Shown here in pieces: positions 18,517 through 27,730 of a stretch of DNA of 32,000 nucleotides. Numbering within the stretch: the first letter of the stretch is position 1; every line of letters begins with the position of its first letter. A program made the translations under genes and the position numbers. The DNA is from Mycobacterium tuberculosis H37Rv (GTDB lineage Bacteria; Actinomycetota; Actinomycetes; Mycobacteriales; Mycobacteriaceae), in the NCBI RefSeq assembly GCF_000195955.2, contig NC_000962.3, positions 1,830,001 through 1,862,000 on the forward strand, written 5' to 3'. The notes beneath the pieces are model-generated. The model was not told where the DNA came from, ran no database searches, and was given only the letters and a program-made list of their open reading frames with translations.

Positions 18517-21500
18517 CTAATGCGGTTTTGCCAACGGAAAGGGCAGTGTTTCGCGAATGCTGCGCCCAGTGATCAGCATGACCACCCGGTCAATGCCCAT
18601 GCCCAAGCCGCCGGTGGGCGGCATGGCGTACTCCATCGCTTGCAGGAAGTCTTCGTCGAGTTCCATCGCCTCGGGGTCTCCGCCGGCGGCCAGCAGGGAC
18701 TGCTCCTGCAGGCGGCGCCGTTGCTCCACCGGGTCGGTCAGCTCGCTGTAGGCGGTGCCCAGCTCGATACCCCACGCCACCAGGTCCCAACGCTCGGCGA
18801 CACCGCGCTTGCTGCGATGCGGTCGGGTCAACGGTGACACCGATGTCGGAAAGTCGATGTAGAACGTCGGTTGCTCGGTGCGGCACTCCACCAGGTGCTC
18901 GTATAGCTCGAGCACGACCGCGCCGGCATCCCATTGGGTCCGATAGGGGACACCGGCGGCGTCGCACAGCTTGCGGAGAGTGGTCAAGCCGGTATCGGCG
19001 TCGATGCGTTCACCGAGTGCTTCCGAGATCGCATCATGCACCGTCCGCACCGGCCATATCCCGGAGATGTCGACCGGTTCGAGGTGGTGGCGGGTGCCGT
19101 CGGAACCCTTGTCCGTCCGGGGCCGCATGGCGATGGGCGCCCCGTTGGCGGCCTGGGCGGCGTTCTGGATGAGTTCGCGGCAGCCGTCAATCCACTCAAG
19201 GTAGTCGGCGTGTGCTTGATAGGCCTCCAGTAGGGTGAACTCCGGGTTGTGGCTGAAGTCGACGCCCTCGTTGCGAAAGGCACGGCCGAGCTCGAATACC
19301 CGTTCCACGCCGCCGACGCACAGGCGCTTGAGGTAGAGCTCTGGTGCGATGCGCAGGAACAGATCCATGGAATACGTGTTGATGTGCGTGACGAACGGTC
19401 GGGCGGTGGCGCCGCCGTGCAGCTGCTGTAGGATCGGCGTTTCGACCTCGACGAATCCCTTTGCGAACAGCGTCTCGCGCACAGCGCGCAGCACGCTGCT
19501 GCGAGCGGTGATCAGCGCACGGGACTCAGCGTTGACCGCCAGGTCGAGGTAACGGGTCCGGACTCGGGCTTCGGGATCCAGTAGCCCCTTCCACTTATTC
19601 GGCAACGGTCGCAAACACTTACCGATCAGGCGCCAGCCGCTGACGATCAACGATGGAGTTCCGGTCTTGCTGGCGCCCATGTGTCCGGTCATCTCCACCA
19701 GATCACCCAGATCGGTCGCCGCGTTGAAGTCGGCCGCGCAGCCCTGGTCCAGGCGTGAATTATCCAGCAGCACTTGCATTTCGCCCGACCAGTCGCGCAG
19801 CTGGGCGAACAACACACCACCGTAGTTACGTATTCGCATGATGCGTCCGGACACCGACACGCTAGCCTGGTGGTCTGCGGCCAGCGCCTGTGCCACCGTG
19901 TGACTGGGCGGCCGGCCCACGGGAAAGGCGTCAATGCCGCTGCTCCGCAGCTTCTCTAGCTTGTCGAACCGAACTCGCACCTGCTCGGGTAGCCGCCGCT
20001 CGACCCCGTCGCCATTGGTGAGGCCTACTTGCCGCAGCCCGCTCACGTCCGGTGCCGAGCCGTCGTGATGCAATAGGCCGGTGGCCGCCAACCGCTCGGG
20101 CACTGCCGGATGATGCCCCGTGTGTACTCGGTTGCGCCGGCTGAACGGCAGCACGAGGAACCCCTCTGCGATCACCGAGGCGACGCCCACTCGGGGAATC
20201 ACTCGGGCGTCTTCGTAGCAGGCGTAGCGCGGTACCCATTCGGGTTGGTACTTCATGTTGGAGCGGTAGAGCGTCTCGAGCTGCCACCACCGTGAGAAGA
20301 AGACCAGCAGCCCCCGCCACAACCGGGCAACCGGGCCGGCGCCGAGTTGGGCGCCCTGCTCGAAGGCCGCGCGAAACACCGCGAAGTTCAACGAAATACG
20401 AGTGATACCAAGGCTTTCAGCGTGCAAGGCGAGTTCGCTGACCATAAGTTCGATAGTGCCGTTCGGGGATTGTGGAGAACGACGCATCAAATCCAGGGAG
20501 ACACCGGTGGTTCCCCACGGCACCAGCGACAGCATTGCCAGCACCTGGTTGTGCGGATCAATCGCCTCCACCAGCAGGCAGTCGGAGTCCGCGGGGTCGC
20601 CGAGGCGGCCCAGCGCCATCGAGAAGCCGCGCTCGGTCTCGGTGTCGCGCCAGGAATCCGCCCGTGTGATGGTCTGCGCCATCTCGTCTTCGGCAATGTC
20701 GCGATGCCGCCGGATGCGCACCGTCAACCCCGCCCGCCGGGCCCGCGTCACGGCCTGGCGCACCCCGCGCATCTCCGGGCCGGACAACTTGAAATCGGCT
20801 GGCCGCAGGATGGCCTCATCGCCCAGCTCGAGCGCGGTTAGGCCCGCTTCGCGATATGTCTGAGCCCCTTGTGAACTGGCGCCCATCACGCCGGGTGCCC
20901 AGCCGTAGGTCTGGCACAGCCGCAGCCACGCGTCGACGGCCTGCGGCCATGCTCTGTGGTCGCCTACCGGGTCGCCGCTGGCTAGGCAGACACCGACCTC
21001 GACACGGTAGGTGATACAGGCGCGGCCGCTGGATGCGAATACCACCGACTTGTCGCGACGGGTGGCGAAGTAGCCCAGTGAGTCGTCCTTCCCATACAAA
21101 TCCAATAACCCGCGGATAGCGGATTCGTCCTCTCCGGTCAGCGCATTGTCAGCGCGCTGAGATAGGAACAAGACGATCGCAGCCCCGATCAACGCGAACG
21201 CGCCGAACAACCCGAAGATCGCGTTGAGGAAGACGTGCGGTCTGCCGGTGAACAGATCGGGATCGGCGAGGGCGAATCCGACCACCCGGTTGGCCGCGTA
21301 ACCCAACCGCTCGTCCGGCGCTAGTGATCCCGGAAACAGTTCGACCAGACCCCAAGACGCCACGATTCCGACCACCGCGCCGGCAAGCCACACCGCAGCC
21401 GCCCGAAACAGCGCGCCCCTGCGGACCTTGGCCCAGAACTCCCGATAGCCCAGCACCAGAACGACGATTGCCACAACATGCACGGCGAATCCGAGATTCT

Positions 21501-22035
21501 CCCCGAAGCTCTCGGCGGCGGTGTTGCCGCCCGCTGCGATCTCGGCGGCGTTGACCACGGCGGCCAGGACCATATTTGCCAGCAAGACCAACCAGGCAAT
21601 GCGTTTGCGTGCCGTTAACGCGGCGGCCAGCAATGCCAGCACGAAGGACCACGCGAAGTTGGTGTCGGGGAAGTTGAACAGATAATCGTTGATGAATTCG
21701 CGCGGAACCTTGATGATCCACCGAATCAACGGCGACACACTGGCCAGTAGTGACAGGGTCGCGATCACGCCGACGGTCCAGCCGGCTGCCGCGGGAACCC
21801 AGTGATACCGGGAGTTTCCCCTGGTGGCCGAGCGAGGTTTGGTGAGTGTCACAGACCGCGAGGATATTCCCAAAAGCCGGGAAATGCCCGGCGTTGCAGC
21901 CCTTTGTAGCCCCGCATCGGTGTGCTGAGGGCACCGGCTGATGTCGGCCGTTGTCTTAGATGACGTGTCATGGCTGTTAGACTGGACGCCGCGACCATCC
22001 CGGCGAAGGCCAGGGACAGTTAAGTGGAGTCCCAC
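18517..22035 (-). CDS. lysX: Bifunctional lysyl-phosphatidylglycerol synthase: MprF-like membrane/transferase domain fused to class II lysyl-tRNA synthetase
   Basis: The N-terminal two-thirds (about 22035 down to 19990) are polytopic membrane segments plus a DUF2156/LPG-synthase-like domain. The C-terminal part (about 19990..18517) is a LysRS with an OB anticodon-binding domain, motif 2 ([20 protein letters not shown]) and motif 3 ([16 protein letters not shown]). The conventional GTG start at 22035 gives 1172 aa. The first ~85 codons look atypical (see findings). Confidence 0.95.
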
Positions 22036-22091
22036 TCCCACCGCTAGCCACGAGATCGTTTCACACCTTCTCAAGGTTCAGCGGTCCGGTC

Positions 22092-22112
22092 ACAGGCATC
22101 TCGGATGCCTGT
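22092..22112 (+). promoter_or_regulatory. Perfect 9-bp hairpin in the putative infC leader
   Basis: ACAGGCATC-tcg-GATGCCTGT, read directly from the sequence. A weaker GCGGC-tttg-GCCGC hairpin follows at 22129..22142. Confidence 0.35.
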
Positions 22113-22158
22113 TCTGCGTGCAGCGTGGGCGGCTTTGGCCGCGATCGGTCGGCATTGG

Positions 22159-22183
22159 GCCCTGCTTGTGCAGGGCTTTTTTT
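22159..22183 (+). terminator. Canonical intrinsic terminator or attenuator (GC-rich hairpin plus T7) upstream of infC
   Basis: GCCCTGC-ttgt-GCAGGGC (22159..22176) is followed immediately by TTTTTTT (22177..22183). It lies on the infC strand, 90 nt before the infC start, with no upstream gene on that strand. Confidence 0.6.
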
Positions 22184-22272
22184 GCTGATGGTTTGGGTGT
22201 GTTCCCCACCTGATTCCGGCCGGGTCCAACAAGCTGGTCGCGCCTGGAACAGCAGCCAACGAGGGAGGCCCC

Positions 22273-22878
<606 letters not shown>

Positions 22879-22901
22879 CTCGCCAGCAAGACACGCAGAA
22901 C

Positions 22902-22919
22902 CTAGAAATTCTAGAAATT
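22902..22919 (+). repeat. Tandem 9-bp duplication CTAGAAATT x2 in the infC-rpmI spacer
   Basis: Two exact adjacent copies (22902..22910 and 22911..22919). Their junction forms the palindrome CTAGAA-A-TTCTAG (22902..22914). The rpmI Shine-Dalgarno GAGGAA follows directly. Confidence 0.9.
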
Positions 22920-22927
22920 GAGGAAAC

Positions 22928-23122
22928 ATGCCCAAGGCCAAGACCCACAGCGGGGCCTCGAAGCGGTTCCGGCGCACCGGTACCGGCAAGATCGTCCGGC
23001 AGAAGGCCAACCGTCGGCACCTGCTCGAGCACAAGCCGAGCACCCGCACCAGGCGCCTGGACGGCCGCACCGTGGTGGCAGCCAACGACACCAAACGGGT
23101 CACGTCGTTGCTGAACGGCTGA
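22928..23122 (+). CDS. rpmI: 50S ribosomal protein L35
   Basis: 64-aa basic [34 protein letters not shown], the L35 signature. GAGGAA Shine-Dalgarno upstream. Confidence 0.97.
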
Positions 23123-23183
23123 CCGTACCGCCGGCCGGCTCCGGCACCTGACCAATCACGTCCGAACGAGAGTAGGAAGATCC

Positions 23184-23573
23184 ATGGCACGCGTAAAGCG
23201 GGCGGTCAACGCCCACAAGAAGCGGCGCAGCATCCTGAAGGCATCGCGAGGCTATCGCGGCCAGCGATCGCGGCTTTACCGCAAAGCCAAAGAGCAGCAG
23301 CTGCATTCACTGAACTACGCCTACCGTGACCGCCGGGCGCGTAAGGGCGAGTTCCGCAAGTTGTGGATCGCACGGATCAACGCGGCTGCGCGCCTCAACG
23401 ACATCACCTACAACCGGCTTATCCAGGGGCTGAAGGCCGCCGGCGTCGAGGTGGACCGGAAAAACCTCGCCGACATTGCGATCAGCGACCCGGCGGCGTT
23501 CACCGCGCTGGTCGACGTCGCCCGGGCGGCACTGCCCGAAGACGTCAACGCCCCCTCCGGGGAGGCCGCCTGA
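23184..23573 (+). CDS. rplT: 50S ribosomal protein L20
   Basis: 129-aa [29 protein letters not shown]..., the L20 signature. AGGAAG Shine-Dalgarno upstream. Confidence 0.97.
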
Positions 23574-23605
23574 TCCGGATTCCGGCCTGAGGCAGGGCTA
23601 CGCCG

Positions 23606-24388
23606 GTGCTCACCGAACGCTCGGCCAGGGTGGCCACGGCGGTCAAACTGCATCGTCACGTAGGCCGGCGCCGGGCGGGACGTTTTCTCGCCGAAGGCCC
23701 CAACCTGGTAGCGGCGGCGTTGGCGCGCGGGCTGGTACGGGAGGTATTCGTCACCGAAGTTGCGGCGCGGCGGCACGAGCTCTTGTTGGCCGCGCACGAG
23801 GCTTCGGTTCATCTGGTGACTGAGCGGGCCGCGAAGGCGCTCTCTGATACGGTCACGCCGGCCGGGTTGGTGGCGGTGTGCGATCTGCCGGCGACCCGAC
23901 TTGAGGATGTATTGGCCGGCTCACCTCAGCTGATCGCGGTGACCGTCGAGATCCGCGAGCCGGGCAACGCGGGCACGGTAATCCGCATCGCCGACGCCAT
24001 GGGTGCCGCGGCGGTGATCCTCGCCGGGCGCAGCGTCGACCCATACAACGGCAAGTGTCTGCGCGCGTCCACCGGTAGCATCTTCGCGATCCCGGTCGTC
24101 GTCGCGCCCGATGTCGGTGCCGCCATCGCCGACCTGCGAGCGGCCGGACTGCAGGTGCTGGCCACCGCAGTGGACGGCGAGATGGCTCTCGACGATGCCG
24201 ATCGGCTGCTTGCCGAGCCGACGGCATGGCTGTTCGGGCCCGAAGCACACGGGTTGTCGGCCGAGATCGCGGCCTTGGCGGACCACCGCGTACACATCCT
24301 GATGTCGGGAGGGGCGGAGAGCCTCAACGTCGCGGCCGCGGCCGCGATCTGTCTGTATGAGAGCGCTCGGGCGTTGGGCCGCCGCTGA
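23606..24388 (+). CDS. tsnR: SpoU/TrmH-family RNA 2'-O-methyltransferase (TsnR-like 23S rRNA methyltransferase)
   Basis: 260 aa with SPOUT motifs (EPGNAGTVIRIADAMGA, LFGPEAHGLS, ESLNVAAAAAICLYE). GTG start 32 nt after rplT. Confidence 0.9.
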   Translation: MLTERSARVATAVKLHRHVGRRRAGRFLAEGPNLVAAALARGLVREVFVTEVAARRHELLLAAHEASVHLVTERAAKALSDTVTPAGLVAVCDLPATRLEDVLAGSPQLIAVTVEIREPGNAGTVIRIADAMGAAAVILAGRSVDPYNGKCLRASTGSIFAIPVVVAPDVGAAIADLRAAGLQVLATAVDGEMALDDADRLLAEPTAWLFGPEAHGLSAEIAALADHRVHILMSGGAESLNVAAAAAICLYESARALGRR

Positions 24389-24398
24389 TTGTCCGGCC

Positions 24399-25454
24399 CT
24401 ACGCAGCGCGGCTGGGGCCCCGCGCCGGCCGCACGCCGGCCAGCGAAAGTGTGGAATGGACCAGCGCCCCGGCGCGTTCCATCAGGGCCTTGGCGGGATC
24501 GAGAGCCGACCGGGTAAAGCGATGGGAACGGGGTGGGAAGTAGTGCATCGGCAGCCCCTGCCGATCCCGTGGTGGCGCCATGAAGCCGGGCGCTTGCACC
24601 AGGGGCGCGTCATGGCGAGTACGGCCTGCCGCTCGCCGGTAGGCGGCCAGCGCGCGCGGGTGCAACCGGATTTCGTCGGGCACCGCCAAAAACGCCAGTT
24701 CTACCACCTTGCCGAACACTCGCAGCAACACCTCGTCACCCGGTGTCCAGTGCATTCCCGCCTTCTCCCGCACGGCCGGGTCGAACAGGCCGGCCGCGAT
24801 CCAGCGCTGACCGGCTATTAGCGGCTTGAACAGCTGATCCCAGATCGGCGTTGGCATGAGTACAAACCTCGGTTTGGGAATCCGCATCTGGAGGATGTCC
24901 ACGGTCGCCTGATTGATCTCGAGCTTGTCGCGGCACACCCGGTCCCAATAGTCCTGAAAGTCTTCCCACGACTTGGGCACCGGTCGCATGCTCATCCCAT
25001 ACATCCGGTACCAGCGCACGTGCTCCTCGAAGAGCTGGTGTTTTTCGGCCTCGGTCAAGCCTCCGCAGAAGTATTCGGCGACCTTGATGACAAGCATGAA
25101 AAACGTCGCATGCGCCCAGTAGAACGTATCTGGATTCAGCGCGTGATAGCGACGCCCCTCAGCGTCGACTCCCTTGATGGTTCGGTGGTAGCCCTTGATC
25201 TGCTGGCCGGTCTGGGCCGCTCGGTCACCGTCATAGACCACACCCATGATCGGGTACACCGAGCGGGCTACCCGCTGCAAGGGTTCGCGGAGCAGGATTG
25301 AATGCTCCTCGACACCGGCACCTAGCTCGGGATACATATTTTGGATCGCGCCGATCCACACACCCATCATCCCGGTGCGCAGGTCTCCGAAATATTTCCA
25401 GGTCAGCGAATCGGGCCCGAGCGGGTCGGCGGATGTCCTCGATGCGACAGTCAT
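24399..25454 (-). CDS. DUF2236 / MpaB-like oxygenase family protein (Rv1645c-like)
   Basis: 351-aa ORF. N-terminal pattern (DSLTWKYFGDLR..., HALNPDTFYWAHATFF) resembles DUF2236, assigned from memory. GGAGG Shine-Dalgarno 5 nt upstream of the ATG. Convergent with tsnR, with a 10-nt gap. Confidence 0.85.
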   Translation of the reverse strand: MTVASRTSADPLGPDSLTWKYFGDLRTGMMGVWIGAIQNMYPELGAGVEEHSILLREPLQRVARSVYPIMGVVYDGDRAAQTGQQIKGYHRTIKGVDAEGRRYHALNPDTFYWAHATFFMLVIKVAEYFCGGLTEAEKHQLFEEHVRWYRMYGMSMRPVPKSWEDFQDYWDRVCRDKLEINQATVDILQMRIPKPRFVLMPTPIWDQLFKPLIAGQRWIAAGLFDPAVREKAGMHWTPGDEVLLRVFGKVVELAFLAVPDEIRLHPRALAAYRRAAGRTRHDAPLVQAPGFMAPPRDRQGLPMHYFPPRSHRFTRSALDPAKALMERAGALVHSTLSLAGVRPARGPSRAA

Positions 25455-25497
25455 GACTGCCTCCGTGCCAGGTTAGTCTGCGCCCACGATAGGCATT

Positions 25498-25513
25498 GAC
25501 AACGCGCGTTGTC
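25498..25513. promoter_or_regulatory. Perfect 16-bp palindrome GACAACGCGCGTTGTC, candidate operator upstream of the DUF2236 gene
   Basis: Read directly from the sequence. It lies 44-59 nt upstream of the Rv1645c-like ATG. Direct CCACGAT repeats flank it (25484..25490 and 25513..25519). Confidence 0.4.
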
Positions 25514-25763
25514 CACGATTTGGTCCGCCGATATCGCGCCGTGTCACCCAGTGCCTCCTCCGGGTGGCAACGAGCGTGGACGAGGACTGCAGCTGCATAG
25601 CTTGGCCCGCGGTGCGTGCGGGGGCAGGGAGTCCAATGAAAAATGTTGCTTAGAACGCCAGAAAGTTTTTAACTAGATCAGGATTGCTTAGCTGTAGACT
25701 TTATTTCTCAATGACCACGTAAGGATTGCTGCGGCCAGTACAACGTGTACAAGGAGTCGGGCT

Positions 25764-26696
25764 ATGTCGTTTCTCACCGTGGCGCCGGACATGGTAACGG
25801 CGGCCGCCGGGAATTTGGAAAGCGTTGGCTCGGCACTGAATGAGGCCGCTGCGGCGGCGGCGCCAGCCACGGTTGGGCTGGCGGCCCCGGCCGCGGATCG
25901 GGTGTCGGCGGTCGTCGCGGCGATGTTGGGGGCATATGCCCGGGATTTTCAAGGCATCAGTGCTCAGATCGCGGGTTTTCATAACCAGTTCGTGGGCGCG
26001 TTGCGGGGCGGTGCGGCCGCCTACGCCAGCGCCGAAGCCGCCAACGTCCAGCAGACCGTGGTGAACGCCGTGAATGCGCCCGCCCAGGCGCTGTTGGGGC
26101 ACCCGTTGATCGGGCCCGAGACGGTCGGCTCCAGCGCCGCCGCGGTCTCCTTCGGCTTCGGCCCGTTGCTCCTCGCTGGTAGCGATCCGCTGCTGGCCGT
26201 GCCATTCAGCTATCCGGCCAGTCTGCCCACCCCATTCGGTCCAGTAACGATGACGCTCAACGGGTCGTTTGATCCGCTTACCCAACAGGTTGTTTTCGAC
26301 TCGGGATCACTCACCGCGCCCGCTCCGTTCGTGTACGGTCTTGGTGCGGTAGGTCCAGCTCTCACCACCATGACCGCGCTGCAAAACAGCGGCACAGCAT
26401 TTTCCGGCGCGGTGCAAAGCGGGAACCTGCTAGGGGCCGCGGGCGCGCTTCTGCAAGCTCCCGGCAACGCGGTGACCGGCTTCCTGTTTGGCCAAACAGC
26501 GATATCGCAGTCGATACCGGGGCCATCGAATCTGGGCTACGAGTCGGTGGGTATCAGCGTTCCGGTCGGGGGGCTCTTGGCTCCGCTGCAGCCCGTGACG
26601 GTCACGTTGACGCCCACATCTGGTATGCCGACTGCCATTCAATTGAGTGGTACGCAGTTTGGCGGCCTTCTTCCCGCCCTACTCAACGGTTTCTAA
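25764..26696 (+). CDS. PE17: PE family protein (PE domain plus unique ~200-aa C-terminal domain)
   Basis: N-terminus MSFLTVAPDMVTAAAGNLESVGSALNEA... with the PE signature and the DRVSAVVAAMLGAYARDFQGISAQ helix pair. The linker is ALLGHPLIG. AAGGAG Shine-Dalgarno lies 7 nt upstream. Confidence 0.92.
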   Translation: MSFLTVAPDMVTAAAGNLESVGSALNEAAAAAAPATVGLAAPAADRVSAVVAAMLGAYARDFQGISAQIAGFHNQFVGALRGGAAAYASAEAANVQQTVVNAVNAPAQALLGHPLIGPETVGSSAAAVSFGFGPLLLAGSDPLLAVPFSYPASLPTPFGPVTMTLNGSFDPLTQQVVFDSGSLTAPAPFVYGLGAVGPALTTMTALQNSGTAFSGAVQSGNLLGAAGALLQAPGNAVTGFLFGQTAISQSIPGPSNLGYESVGISVPVGGLLAPLQPVTVTLTPTSGMPTAIQLSGTQFGGLLPALLNGF

Positions 26697-26773
26697 CCGT
26701 CTGCGGACAGCCGCCGCAAACCGCGTGATCAGCGTGTTTGATGCGACTTGTGCCACAAACACCGAGGTCGTCA

Positions 26774-27724
26774 TTGGCGGGCTCAGCCCGCACCACCTAC
26801 CCTTGCCACGTGGAGGTCGGGCCGCAGGATTCGGAGTCCGGCGCGCCCGACGAGACGGCAACCGCCATGGCGTCGCCAGTACCTCGACAACGGTCCGCAC
26901 TACGCTGGCTGCGCACCGTGAACCGCAGCCCTGGCCTGGTGTCATTCATCCACCGGGCGCGCCGCCTGTTGCCTGGCGATCCGGAATTCGGCGACCCGTT
27001 GTCCACCGCGGGTGAGGGTGGTCCACGTGCCGCGGCTCGAGCTGCCGATCGGCTGCTGCGGGATCGCGATGCGGCCTCGCGCGAGGTCGGCCTGAGTGTG
27101 CTGCAGGTGTGGCAGGCGTTGACCGAGGCCGTTTCCCGCCGGCCGGCAAACCCGGAGGTGACGTTGGTGTTCACCGACCTGGTCGGCTTTTCCACGTGGT
27201 CGTTGCACGCTGGTGACGATGCCACCCTCACGCTGCTGCGGCAGGTGGCCCGGGCTGTCGAATCCCCCCTCCTGGACGCCGGCGGGCACATCGTCAAACG
27301 GCTGGGCGACGGGATCATGGCGGTGTTCCGCAATCCGACCGTCGCGCTGCGAGCCGTGCTCGTCGCCCAAGATGCTGTGAAGTCGCTTGAAGTGCAAGGC
27401 TATACACCGCGAATGCGGATCGGTATCCACACCGGCCGGCCGCAGCGGCTGGCCGCCGACTGGCTCGGCGTCGACGTCAACATCGCCGCCCGGGTTATGG
27501 AACGTGCCACCAAAGGGGGCATCATGATCTCGCAACCGACCCTGGACCTGATCCCGCAAAGTGAGTTGGACGCGCTGGGCGTCGTGGCCCGGCGGGTGCG
27601 TAAACCCGTGTTTGCCAGCAAGCCCACCGGCATTCCGCCCGACTTGGCGATCTATCGCATCAAGACTGTTAGCGAGTCGACAGCTGCCGATAACTTCGAT
27701 GAGATGAGTCCCGATGCACAGTAG
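26774..27724 (+). CDS. Class III adenylate cyclase (Rv1647-like)
   Basis: C-terminal cyclase homology domain motifs are present: VTLVFTDLVGFST, KRLGDGIMAVF, RIGIHTGRP, GVDVNIAARV. The TTG start at 26774 follows GAGG, giving 316 aa. The ORF-track ATG at 26738 is an alternative start. Confidence 0.9.
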   Translation: MAGSARTTYPCHVEVGPQDSESGAPDETATAMASPVPRQRSALRWLRTVNRSPGLVSFIHRARRLLPGDPEFGDPLSTAGEGGPRAAARAADRLLRDRDAASREVGLSVLQVWQALTEAVSRRPANPEVTLVFTDLVGFSTWSLHAGDDATLTLLRQVARAVESPLLDAGGHIVKRLGDGIMAVFRNPTVALRAVLVAQDAVKSLEVQGYTPRMRIGIHTGRPQRLAADWLGVDVNIAARVMERATKGGIMISQPTLDLIPQSELDALGVVARRVRKPVFASKPTGIPPDLAIYRIKTVSESTAADNFDEMSPDAQ

Positions 27725-27730
27725 AACGCG

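Noticed and set aside
21941-22213. 90-aa plus-strand ORF spanning the lysX 5' end and the lysX/infC spacer.
   Set aside because: It overlaps lysX antisense and runs straight through the spacer hairpins and the terminator. It has no ribosome-binding site, and its translation is Arg/Pro/Cys-rich with no recognisable family. The RNA-structure interpretation explains the region better.
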